Assembly (NCBI GenBank): GCA_938002655.1
Contig: CALLAC010000002.1
Coordinates: forward strand, 20,823 to 84,822
Source of the DNA: an uncultured Cytophagales bacterium
GTDB taxonomy: Bacteria; Bacteroidota; Bacteroidia; Cytophagales; Thermonemataceae
Direction: 5' to 3'
DNA: 64,000 bases
Shown: in pieces, positions 19,189-28,595 of the stretch
Numbering within the stretch: the stretch's first letter is position 1
Layout of the letters: the number at the start of each line of letters is the position of its first letter
Made by a program: the position numbers and the translations under genes
Notes under the pieces: model-generated
Databases searched by the model: none
The model's input: the letters and a program-made list of their open reading frames with translations, nothing else
What the model was told of the DNA's origin: nothing

Positions 19189-19851
19189 ATGGCAGAAGTA
19201 AAAATAGCAGAGTCTTGGAAAGTACACTTGCAAGAAGAGTTTAATAAGCCTTATTTTGAAGATTTAATTACTTTCGTAAAATACGAATACAAACAAAATA
19301 AAGTATACCCGCCAGGCAGTTTAATCTTTAATGCCTTTGAGCAATGTTCGTTTGAAGATTGCAGAGTAGTTATTTTAGGGCAAGACCCTTACCACGGCGA
19401 AGGACAAGCTCATGGGCTTGCCTTTTCGGTACCTGATGGCGTAAAAATGCCTCCTTCACTTATCAATATCTTTAAAGAAATTCAAGCAGATGTAGGAAAG
19501 CCTTTTCCTAAAAGCGGTAATTTAGAACGATGGGCAAAACAAGGAGTATTATTGCTGAATGCAACGCTTACAGTACGAGCAGGGCAGGCTGGTTCGCATC
19601 AAAACAAAGGCTGGGAAAGGTTTACCGATGCTGTTATTCAAATAATTTCAGACCGAAAAGAGCACGTTGTTTTTTTACTTTGGGGGGCTTATGCTCAAAA
19701 AAAGGGAAAAATTATCGATAGAGCCAAGCATCTTGTTTTAGAAGCTCCTCATCCTTCGCCTTTGGCAGGTGGAGGCTTCGCTGGCAATCGGCATTTTAGC
19801 CAAACCAACAAATACCTTATCCAACACGGCTTTCAGCCTATCGATTGGTAG
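19189..19851 (+). CDS. ung: Uracil-DNA glycosylase
   Basis: GQDPYH, PPSLINI, WAKQGVLLLNATLTV, LWG and HPSPL motifs. Confidence 0.97.
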   Translation: MAEVKIAESWKVHLQEEFNKPYFEDLITFVKYEYKQNKVYPPGSLIFNAFEQCSFEDCRVVILGQDPYHGEGQAHGLAFSVPDGVKMPPSLINIFKEIQADVGKPFPKSGNLERWAKQGVLLLNATLTVRAGQAGSHQNKGWERFTDAVIQIISDRKEHVVFLLWGAYAQKKGKIIDRAKHLVLEAPHPSPLAGGGFAGNRHFSQTNKYLIQHGFQPIDW

Positions 19852-19865
19852 TTTCTGAACAATGT

Positions 19866-20744
19866 TTATTTTTTCAATAATTTTCTAATTTTTTCTGTAA
19901 GTTCTTGGCTTGCCTTCACGAGCGGCAAACGCACTTGCGAGCTACAAATACCCATTTCTGCAAGCAACTGCTTGATACCTGTGGGGTTCCCCTCAACGTA
20001 CATCAAATCGTTTAGAGGTAAAATTTCAAACAATTTTTCAGTAGCTTTGGCAAAATCGCCTGCCAGAGCCAGATGTGTCATTTCATTGAAAGCCTTCAAA
20101 GCATTAGCCAATACCGAAATTACGCCTACTGCTCCAAAACTTACCATTGGCACAGTGAGCATATCATCGCCTGAAATAAGTAAAAAATCTTCGGGCTTCC
20201 GACGAGCAATTTCCATACATTGCAACAAATTGCCCGAAGCCTCTTTGATACCTATAATATTGGGGTGCTGGGCTAATTTGAGCGTAGTTTCAGCCGTAAG
20301 GTTGGAAGCCGTACGCCCAGGAACATTATACAAAATAATGGGAACAGGCAAAGCCTCAGCCAATTTTTCATAATGAGCTACTATACCCGCCTGCGAAGGC
20401 TTATTGTAGTAAGGACTTGCCGAAAGAACCGCCGTAATACCCGAAAAGTCTGTTTCTTGAATAATTTGCAATAAATTTTCTGTATTGTTTCCGCCAATGC
20501 CATATACAATAGGCAAATTGTTGGGATTGTTTTTTTTAGCAAATTCTAACAAAACTTTTTTTTCTTTTGCGGTAGTAGTAGGCGACTCACCCGTAGTGCC
20601 CTGAATTACCCAATAATCCACACCCATGGCAGTGGTATGAGCCAAGAGCTTTTCAAAACTGGCAAGGTCAAGCTGATAATCTTCTGTAAAAGGTGTAACA
20701 AGGGCAACACCCACCCCTTTAAGTTGGTTTTGTGGTAGTTTCAT
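19866..20744 (-). CDS. dapA: 4-hydroxy-tetrahydrodipicolinate synthase
   Basis: ALVTPF, GTTGESPT, PYYNKPSQ, LYNVPGRT, GIKEASG and SGDD motifs. Confidence 0.96.
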   Translation of the reverse strand: MKLPQNQLKGVGVALVTPFTEDYQLDLASFEKLLAHTTAMGVDYWVIQGTTGESPTTTAKEKKVLLEFAKKNNPNNLPIVYGIGGNNTENLLQIIQETDFSGITAVLSASPYYNKPSQAGIVAHYEKLAEALPVPIILYNVPGRTASNLTAETTLKLAQHPNIIGIKEASGNLLQCMEIARRKPEDFLLISGDDMLTVPMVSFGAVGVISVLANALKAFNEMTHLALAGDFAKATEKLFEILPLNDLMYVEGNPTGIKQLLAEMGICSSQVRLPLVKASQELTEKIRKLLKK

Positions 20745-21357
20745 TTTCTAATTGTTTTGCCAAATGGTGCAAATCTAATAGCATTTGCTCAATAATCAAA
20801 TCGTAACGTAATTTTTTAGGCGAGGAAAGCAGTACCATCGTAATACGATTTTGGAAAATAAGAAGCGTACTGAACAAAAACCAAATTTGAGCATATTTTT
20901 GGGCAAAAGGCACAAAAAACTTTTGAGCAATTTCTTTCACTATTTCAGCAGGCGAGCCGCTGATAAAATACTCCTTATCAATCCAAGCAATTTCAGTACG
21001 AACAAGCTGACTTTCATCAGGCTTTTCTTTGGCTCTTAGGTGGTTTTTAGGGGTAATTTGAAAATGTATTTTTGAAGAGTTATTTATTTCAAGGCTAATG
21101 ACCAAATAGTTGTATCGTTCTTGAATGGTACGTTCAACCAGAATATGCCTGCCCGCCCATACTCCTTCTATGCGAGGTAAAGCAATGTTTCCCTTTTTTT
21201 GTTTAAGATTGGCTGACAAAACAAATTTTTCAGCTACTTTCTGAAAGTAATCCACAATTTTTTTACTTTCCTGAATTGTTTGAAGCCGAAAATAAAAAAA
21301 GAAAAATGTTATGCCTGCCAAAACAACAAAAAGCAAAATAGCAAGAAATAAATGCAT
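20719..21357 (-). CDS. Hypothetical protein with an N-terminal membrane anchor
   Basis: 212-aa ORF with a hydrophobic N-terminal helix; lies between the ABC gene and dapA and overlaps the dapA start. Confidence 0.65.
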   Translation of the reverse strand: MHLFLAILLFVVLAGITFFFFYFRLQTIQESKKIVDYFQKVAEKFVLSANLKQKKGNIALPRIEGVWAGRHILVERTIQERYNYLVISLEINNSSKIHFQITPKNHLRAKEKPDESQLVRTEIAWIDKEYFISGSPAEIVKEIAQKFFVPFAQKYAQIWFLFSTLLIFQNRITMVLLSSPKKLRYDLIIEQMLLDLHHLAKQLENETTTKPT

Positions 21358-21387
21358 AGCCCTATGTGTTTTATGAAAAAAAATACA

Positions 21388-24300
21388 TTACTTCTTTTTC
21401 TTTCTTTGCACTTTGCTAATTAGAATGCTTATTTGCTCGAGTAGTTTTCGGAATACGTTGAAGTACAAGGTAATAAACAAGATAGCACTCATCAAGCAAA
21501 TGATGAAAATATTAAAATACACTGTTTCCCAAAATATTCCTGCAAAGTATTTTTGTGGTGCAAAAAAATGCGTTCTAAAATCGAGAGCGTGGTTAGGTTC
21601 GGGATTTTGGAAAATAGGATAAATTTTTTGTATAAGCCTTCTGCCATCGGTAATAATTCTTTCTGGCGTTTCCACTGCCTTGACAAGTTTTTCAATCGAT
21701 TCGTTGTGGTAATAGTTTTTCATCGCAAGAAATTGCTTGCGTTCTGTTTCATTCTTGGTAAGCGAAGCTATCAGCTTATCTTTCTGCTCACTATATTCGT
21801 TGTAAGAAAGAATGTAAAACTTTTTGATTTTCTGCAAGTGCTCTTTAAGGGCGTGATATTTTTCTTTCAGAGCAAGCAAATCCAACTTTTCAAGATTTTC
21901 CCAAACGATACCTGTTAGTTTGTTTTGTTTTTGCAATTCATTTTTTAGCACCACCAAATTTTCTTTGGCTTCATCTTTCAAAGAGTCAGTGGATTGAAAA
22001 TTGAAAGCATTATCCAGTTTAGTTTCCAATTCGGGCACATAAAGTACCTTGTGATATTCGGCTTGGGCAATTTTTTGGTCGTAGAAATAAAAATTTTGCT
22101 CAAAACGATTGTTTTTGAATTGTCCTACTACAAGTGCTTCAAAAGCCCAACGCGAAGCCATAAATTCTGCTAATAGAGGCACTTTACGATTTGAGCCTAA
22201 TACGGGATTGATCTCATTGAAACGCACGACAATTCCTCCTAAAAGCAATTGTGGAATAAGAAGCAAAGGAATAAGTATGTAAATCGTAACTACCGAATTG
22301 AACGTAGCTGAAATGTTTAAGCCGAGCATATTAGCAAAACAAGCCGTACTGAATAAAACCAACCAGTACAGAGTGTTCATTGCTTCGATACCCAAAATCC
22401 AGTTGCCAATCAGTACAAAACTCAACATCTGAATTGCCGAAAACGAAAACATCAGTATTATTTTGGAAATAAGATAACTCATTCGGCTCAAATGCAAAAA
22501 ACGCTCTCTTTTGCGAATTTTAGCATCTCTGATAATTTCTTCGGCACTTACCGAAAGCCCTACAAAAAGTGCTACAATCACTGCCATAAAAATATAAGCA
22601 GGCAGATTATTGTTTTTCGCAAAAATATAAGTGCCATCAGAAACTTGATAAAATCGGACAATAAAGGCAAGAATCAGAGCTAAAAGAGGTGCTTCTAGCA
22701 AATTGATAGCCATATACTGCGTATTACTTAGCTTGGCAAGTACGTCTCTTGTCAGATACACCTGCATTTGCTTAAAAAATGAAGCTATTTTGAAATGTAT
22801 AGCCGGTTTTTCGGTATATCTGACAACTTGTGGCGGAGGAATATATTTTTCATAAAATTCGTGCCACTTTCGAGGGGTAATTTTTCGTTTATCGGTAAGC
22901 GAGCCATATTCATTCACTATCTTGGCTTCAATGATATTAAAAATTTGTTCAGGATTAACATTTCCGCACTCAGTACACATATTTTTATCTTTGTCTACAA
23001 AACCTGCAATACTCTTAAAATGCGTCACAGCCTCCAACGGATTGCCGTAGTAAATCGGATAGCCTCCTACATCAAGAATAAGAAGTTTATCAAACATTTT
23101 GAAAATATCGGAAGAAGGCTGATGAATAACGATAAAAATAAGTTTTCCACGCAGAGCCAATTCTTTGAAAAGCACCATAATGTTTTCCGAATCGCGTGAA
23201 GAAAGGCCTGAGGTTGGTTCATCAACAAATAGAATGTAAGGTTCTCGCAAAAGTTCTAATGCGATATTAACCCGCTTTCTTTGCCCCCCGCTGATAATTT
23301 TTTGTAGTGGATTGCCCACTTTCAGGTCTTGTATTTCCAAAATTCCCAAATTTTTGAGTGTTTTTCGTACGAGTTCATCAAGTTCTTGTTCAGAAGCATC
23401 GCCAATGCTTAGTTTGGCCGCATAATACAAATTCTGATACACGGTAAGTTCTTCAATGAGCAAATCGTCTTGGGGAACATAGCCAATCAGACCTGCTGTT
23501 GCTTTCTTATCTTCCTGAATATCAATAGAGTTGATAAGTACTTTCCCTTTTGTAGGCTTGAGCGTGCCATTGAGTACATTGAGCAAGGTAGATTTTCCCG
23601 AACCACTTGCCCCCATCAGCCCGATGAGTTGCCCTGCCTGTTCGGCAAGGTTAATCTCTCGCAATCCTATATGCCCATTTGGAAATTTATACCAAATATT
23701 TTCAGCTTCAAAAGAAATTTTTACTTGGCTTACTTCGTTCAAAAAAAGCCCTACCACATCGCTATAATATACAGGCTTGATGTTTTCAGCTCTAATACTA
23801 CTACCTATGGGAAAAGGATAAACGTGATGGTCTTTGATAGGCAAGGAGTTGAGATAAATATCACTTTTGCCTATGTATTTCATAAGATATATTTCGGTAC
23901 TGGGCATGCGTAAAATACCAATAGCCCCCTCTAAATTTTTCCGATAAATGTGTTTATATTGGCTTTCTGTACTTTCTTTGCTATCAATCCATACAATATG
24001 ATTATGAAAATTGCTTTGGCAAAAATCTTCTAGAATGAAATGACGCAAAAGCTCGTACTCCAATGGCTCTAAAAAAAAGTATTGGCTAATTTTTTGAGAA
24101 AATTTCTGCTCTCTTTCACTTGCCACTCCATCAGCAATGCTCAATTCTAAAAGATAAGCTAAAATGATAATTTTTTGATTTTTGGTAAGTTCACTATTGA
24201 GTTGCTCACAAATTTCACGAGGATTAAGCTTTTTTTCGGTATAATTATTAAAAATAGCAATGTATTTGGCCACAACTTCTTCGTCAAAATTTTCTTCCAA

Positions 24301-24399
24301 AAATTTTCGAATAATTTGTTTCTCTTCGTCAGCAACGCCATCTATTTGGGCTGAAGCCGCAAGTAACTGAATAATTGCTCGTAAAACCTTCTCGCTCAT
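21388..24399 (-). CDS. ABCG/White-type half transporter with N-terminal TerB-like domain (paralog 1)
   Basis: TerB-like ADG..SERE region; Walker A GASGSGKS; signature ISGGQRKR; Walker B ILFVDEP; H-loop IHQP; C-terminal ABC-2-type membrane domain. Confidence 0.85.
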   Translation of the reverse strand: MSEKVLRAIIQLLAASAQIDGVADEEKQIIRKFLEENFDEEVVAKYIAIFNNYTEKKLNPREICEQLNSELTKNQKIIILAYLLELSIADGVASEREQKFSQKISQYFFLEPLEYELLRHFILEDFCQSNFHNHIVWIDSKESTESQYKHIYRKNLEGAIGILRMPSTEIYLMKYIGKSDIYLNSLPIKDHHVYPFPIGSSIRAENIKPVYYSDVVGLFLNEVSQVKISFEAENIWYKFPNGHIGLREINLAEQAGQLIGLMGASGSGKSTLLNVLNGTLKPTKGKVLINSIDIQEDKKATAGLIGYVPQDDLLIEELTVYQNLYYAAKLSIGDASEQELDELVRKTLKNLGILEIQDLKVGNPLQKIISGGQRKRVNIALELLREPYILFVDEPTSGLSSRDSENIMVLFKELALRGKLIFIVIHQPSSDIFKMFDKLLILDVGGYPIYYGNPLEAVTHFKSIAGFVDKDKNMCTECGNVNPEQIFNIIEAKIVNEYGSLTDKRKITPRKWHEFYEKYIPPPQVVRYTEKPAIHFKIASFFKQMQVYLTRDVLAKLSNTQYMAINLLEAPLLALILAFIVRFYQVSDGTYIFAKNNNLPAYIFMAVIVALFVGLSVSAEEIIRDAKIRKRERFLHLSRMSYLISKIILMFSFSAIQMLSFVLIGNWILGIEAMNTLYWLVLFSTACFANMLGLNISATFNSVVTIYILIPLLLIPQLLLGGIVVRFNEINPVLGSNRKVPLLAEFMASRWAFEALVVGQFKNNRFEQNFYFYDQKIAQAEYHKVLYVPELETKLDNAFNFQSTDSLKDEAKENLVVLKNELQKQNKLTGIVWENLEKLDLLALKEKYHALKEHLQKIKKFYILSYNEYSEQKDKLIASLTKNETERKQFLAMKNYYHNESIEKLVKAVETPERIITDGRRLIQKIYPIFQNPEPNHALDFRTHFFAPQKYFAGIFWETVYFNIFIICLMSAILFITLYFNVFRKLLEQISILISKVQRKKKK

Positions 24400-24566
24400 T
24401 TTTTCAGATTTTAGTGAATAAGAAAAAACTTAAATAAAAGTGATATCAAGATTTAAACTTTTAGATTTTTTTACTGCTTTTTGAAATGCCCGTGAAGACA
24501 TACTTTTTTGAGCCCAAAAAGAAAAAGACATTGTCGATAAAAAAGTGCAACATAAGAGCCTATTTT

Positions 24567-25511
24567 CTAGATAAGCATCCATTCTTTTACCTTCGGATTG
24601 GGCAAATCTTTTTCCAGAGGTATTTGCATAATACTGTACACATTTTGTTTTATTACATTTGCAATATGAAGCAAAGGCAAATCATTGGCATCGGTACCGA
24701 AAGGTTGTTCAATTTCTTCAGAAATAATTTCTACACCTGCTAAAGCATAGCTTATCAGAAATACAGCAGGAATTGTATAATAATGAAAAGTATCTACCAT
24801 TCCCAAAGGCAAAAGCATCGAGTAAAGCAAAATGAAACTCTTGATAAATGAAACATGCGAGAAAGGAATAGGCGAGTTTTTAATTCTTTCACAAGCTCCC
24901 ATTATGTTTATCATTTGTTCAATTTGTTCTTTGATGTTTATTTTATCGACATCATTAAATTTACCTTGCTTAAAGAGTTCCTCCATTTTTACGAAAATAT
25001 TCGTAGCAATTAGATGAGGAATGTGTTTGGCTTTTTTGAGTTTTTCAATATAATTTTTATCTCCACAGTCGTCAAAATAATGAAAATTCATTTTATCGCG
25101 TAAGTGCCCTTCGAGAGCATAAGCAAAATTAGTGATTTGAGCGGCCAGATAGTGTCTATTTTCGTAATCATCGTTAAGTAAGGCGTAAAAGTTAGATGCC
25201 ATAGTACGACTCTCGTTGATTAAAGCTCCCCAAAGTTTTCTACCTTCCCACCATCTTTCATAAGAAGAGTTGGTACGAAAAACCAAAGTCAGACCCATAA
25301 TTACCCCTATAAGTGAAAGGAAAGTAACGTTCAGCTCTATGGGATATTTATTTTTATCATAAAAAACGTGCAAACGCAAATATACTATGGCAAGGCTGTA
25401 AAGCATTATGATAAGTTGAATTTTGAGCAGTTCTCGGATATTATAGGCATGCCTCAGGCCTATCAAACCTTTAAGAACCAACATCCATTTCCCTGAATCA
25501 TACAAAATCAT
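24567..25511 (-). CDS. Bestrophin family (YneE/UPF0187-like) ion channel
   Basis: LVFRTNSSYERWWEGRKLWG, GACERIKNSPIP and EEIEQPFGTDANDLP motifs. Confidence 0.92.
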   Translation of the reverse strand: MILYDSGKWMLVLKGLIGLRHAYNIRELLKIQLIIMLYSLAIVYLRLHVFYDKNKYPIELNVTFLSLIGVIMGLTLVFRTNSSYERWWEGRKLWGALINESRTMASNFYALLNDDYENRHYLAAQITNFAYALEGHLRDKMNFHYFDDCGDKNYIEKLKKAKHIPHLIATNIFVKMEELFKQGKFNDVDKINIKEQIEQMINIMGACERIKNSPIPFSHVSFIKSFILLYSMLLPLGMVDTFHYYTIPAVFLISYALAGVEIISEEIEQPFGTDANDLPLLHIANVIKQNVYSIMQIPLEKDLPNPKVKEWMLI

Positions 25512-25543
25512 AGTTTTTAGTAGTTTTGATTTCTGATAAAAGT

Positions 25544-26557
25544 TTAATACACATTCACTTCGGTTTGCAAAACAATTCCGAACTGTTCTTCTACACTTTT
25601 CTTAATTTTTTGAGCAAGTTGCCAAATTTCTTTGCCTTGTGCATTTCCTGTATTGATAAGCACTAAAGCCTGCCTATGGTGCACACCCGCATTTCCTTCG
25701 CGATAGCCTTTCCAACCTGCTTGCTCAATGAGCCAAGCGGCAGGCACTTTATAAGTATTTTCGTTGAGTGGGTAGGCAGGTAAGTTCGGATAATTTTGTT
25801 TCAAATACTCATAATGTTTTTTAGAAATGTATGGATTTTTGAAAAAACTACCTGCATTACCTATTTCAGCAGGGTTGGGAAGTTTTTCGATACGAATTTG
25901 CCGAACTGCCTCACTGATACTTTGAACAGAAGGCTCAATATGACGCTCTTTGAGAAACTTCTCAACATCGGCATACGAAAAATTTAATGTAGGTTTTTTA
26001 GAAAGTTTCAGCACTACTGTAAGTATAATAAAGCGATTTTTTAGTTCATTTTTGAAGATACTCTCGCGATAACCAAATTTACAATCTTTTTTATTAAAAC
26101 GATAGATTGTCCCTGAAGCGACATCAAAAGCCTCTAAATATTCAAAAACTTCTTGCAGTTCAACTCCATAAGCCCCGATATTTTGCATAGGTGCCGCCCC
26201 TACGGTACCAGGTATGAGTGTCAGGTTTTCAATGCCTCCCCAATTACGAGCCACACAATACTCTACAAGTGTATTCCAGTTTTCACCCGCTTGCACTTTC
26301 AGCCAAACATTCTCATCATCTTCCCTGATAATCTCTTTTCCTAAAAGACTGATTTTTAGAACTAATCCTTCAAAATCTTGTGTAAAAAGCACATTACTTC
26401 CTCCTCCTAAAATCAGCAAAGGCAGATTGTTTGTTTTTTGCCAATGTACAGCATCACAAATTTGGTGAACATGCCAACATTCTACAAAATAACGAGCCTT
26501 TACCTCGATACCAAAAGTATTGTAAGATTTGAGCGAAACGTTTTCCAAAATATTCAT
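25544..26557 (-). CDS. murB: UDP-N-acetylenolpyruvoylglucosamine reductase
   Basis: YNTFGI, GGGSNVLF, LIPGTVGAAPMQNIGAYG, FGYRESIFK, GNAGSFFKNP and HRQALVL motifs. Confidence 0.96.
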   Translation of the reverse strand: MNILENVSLKSYNTFGIEVKARYFVECWHVHQICDAVHWQKTNNLPLLILGGGSNVLFTQDFEGLVLKISLLGKEIIREDDENVWLKVQAGENWNTLVEYCVARNWGGIENLTLIPGTVGAAPMQNIGAYGVELQEVFEYLEAFDVASGTIYRFNKKDCKFGYRESIFKNELKNRFIILTVVLKLSKKPTLNFSYADVEKFLKERHIEPSVQSISEAVRQIRIEKLPNPAEIGNAGSFFKNPYISKKHYEYLKQNYPNLPAYPLNENTYKVPAAWLIEQAGWKGYREGNAGVHHRQALVLINTGNAQGKEIWQLAQKIKKSVEEQFGIVLQTEVNVY

Positions 26558-26559
26558 AA

Positions 26560-27768
26560 TCAGAGCAAATAACCAAGTATCAAACCTGTAATTACAATAA
26601 AGGGCGGCGGAATTTTAGTAAAGTGTAAAATTACAAAAGTTCCAATGGCAACGCCAATATCCAAAAAAATTTCATTAGTAGAATTTTGTTCAAAAATAGC
26701 CTGCCCCATAAGCACTACGGCAACCAGCACAAGTCCTACACTTACGGCGTGTATTCCTTCTAGTGCGGCACGAACAGGGCGATATTTCTTGAGCTCGTCC
26801 CAAAACTGCATTACAAAAAAAATAAGCAAAGTTCCAGGCATAAAAATGCCAAAACTTGCCAAAAAAGCCCCTAACGTTTGTCCCCATGTTCCAAACTCAC
26901 GCATTGCCATTGCCCCAATGAAAGCAGAAAAAGCAAAGGTAGGACCTGGCAAAATTTGATTGAAATTATAGCCCAAATCAAACTCTTCGCGAGTAATCAG
27001 CTTCTTGATATACACAAATTCCGTAAGCATTAGTGGCACAAGCACGTGCCCTCCTCCAAAAATAATAGAGCCAGTTCGGTAAAAATTTTCAGCCAAACGA
27101 AAAGGCAATCCGAAAGTATAACGTCTGGTAAATTCGCTAAAAAAAGCCAAAACAGCAAAAATCAGAACAAAATAAGTGAGATTTCGCCAACGAATTTTGA
27201 TTTTTTTGTCAGCTACTTTGGGATATTTTTCAAAATTACGCATAGTTACCAAACCACCGAAAACTATCAGCAAAGGCAAAAACCATTGTGAGTGATAAAA
27301 ATAGGCGACTATGGCTGAAAAAACTACTAAAAACGCAGATACTTTGCTTTGCACTACTCTGGGCGTTATTTGCCAAGCCGCCGAAAAAATAAAACCTACT
27401 GCAATGGCTTGTGTAAAACGTGCAAAAGAGAAATCTACTTGGTTTTGCTCTAAATACGTGATAAAAATAGCGGCAAGGGTCATTATGAGCAAAGAAGGAA
27501 AAATCCAAATCACAAGGGTCAGATATGCCAAACCTGCTCCGCCCAAACGATAAGCTATGCCTGTAATGGTTTGTGTAGAAGTAGGTCCAGGCAAAATTTG
27601 ACAAAGGGCATAAATTTCAAGCAAAGCACTTTCGGAGAGATAGGCTCTTTTTTCGCAAAAAATACGGATAAAATGTGCCAAATGAGCCTGCGGACCGCCA
27701 AATGATGTCCAAGACATTACGAAAATCTCACGCAAAAAAATCAGATAACGTATTTTGCGAAATTCCAT
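26560..27768 (-). CDS. chrA: Chromate ion transporter (CHR family, long form)
   Basis: Tandem CHR domains: SFGGPQAH...ALCQILPGP and FGGGHVL...NQILPGPTF. Confidence 0.88.
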   Translation of the reverse strand: MEFRKIRYLIFLREIFVMSWTSFGGPQAHLAHFIRIFCEKRAYLSESALLEIYALCQILPGPTSTQTITGIAYRLGGAGLAYLTLVIWIFPSLLIMTLAAIFITYLEQNQVDFSFARFTQAIAVGFIFSAAWQITPRVVQSKVSAFLVVFSAIVAYFYHSQWFLPLLIVFGGLVTMRNFEKYPKVADKKIKIRWRNLTYFVLIFAVLAFFSEFTRRYTFGLPFRLAENFYRTGSIIFGGGHVLVPLMLTEFVYIKKLITREEFDLGYNFNQILPGPTFAFSAFIGAMAMREFGTWGQTLGAFLASFGIFMPGTLLIFFVMQFWDELKKYRPVRAALEGIHAVSVGLVLVAVVLMGQAIFEQNSTNEIFLDIGVAIGTFVILHFTKIPPPFIVITGLILGYLL

Positions 27769-27776
27769 TTACAGTA

Positions 27777-28508
27777 TCAGTGAGTATTGGTGAGTTTTTT
27801 GAACTCTTCGCGAGTAAGCATTTTATCCATACGCGTATCTAAATGCTGATAGCGTTCTTTGAACATGTTTTCCATTTCTTTGAGGCGATGCGAAGTAGTT
27901 TTAGCTATCAGATACGCATAACCCATACTTACAAAGGCTATAAGAATGGAAAGAATAGTGATTATCCAAAGGCCTGTATTGCTACTGGCTTCGGGTGGGG
28001 GTAGCTTCTGATTTTCAGCAGGAATAATAGTTTCTTGAATTTCCCCTGTATTTGTATCGCTTTTGCTATCATTCCTTTGCACTCCTTCATCGGTAGTTGT
28101 AATACCCAGAGTTTTATCCAAAGAAGCCGAAAGCGAATCCAAACCTATTTTCCATTTCGCCTGAAAATCAGCAGATTTACTAATACGAGGAGCTAAACTA
28201 CGAAGTTCTTTCCAGACATCTTTTTTAAACTGCTTTATTTTTTCTTCATCACTGCTCAAATGAGCGTAATTTTTATTTTTGTAAGCAGAGATGATATTTT
28301 TAGAAGCACGAGAAGAATTGGGTGTTGTTTTTTCCAGGGTTAGCAAAGTTGAGCAATCGATTTTATTGGCTATTTCTGCTTTATTTTGTTGAATATGATT
28401 AAATTTGATTGCCTGACAGAGAATTTCTAACTTAGCTTTTTCAAAGGGAATTTGAGCAAAAAGAGGAGCATTTAGCAAAGAAAGTGCTAAAATTACTGTT
28501 CGAAGCAT
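27777..28508 (-). CDS. Hypothetical protein with signal peptide and C-terminal membrane anchor
   Basis: N-terminal signal-like segment, polar linker, TM helix GLWIITILSILIAFVSMGYAYLI, short basic tail. Confidence 0.65.
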   Translation of the reverse strand: MLRTVILALSLLNAPLFAQIPFEKAKLEILCQAIKFNHIQQNKAEIANKIDCSTLLTLEKTTPNSSRASKNIISAYKNKNYAHLSSDEEKIKQFKKDVWKELRSLAPRISKSADFQAKWKIGLDSLSASLDKTLGITTTDEGVQRNDSKSDTNTGEIQETIIPAENQKLPPPEASSNTGLWIITILSILIAFVSMGYAYLIAKTTSHRLKEMENMFKERYQHLDTRMDKMLTREEFKKLTNTH

Positions 28509-28595
28509 ATATTTTTCTGATTTTTAAGCTGAAAACATCGCAAAGCTAAAATTTTATTCACCAAAATCAAATGATTTTATGAAGTTATTTTTCAT

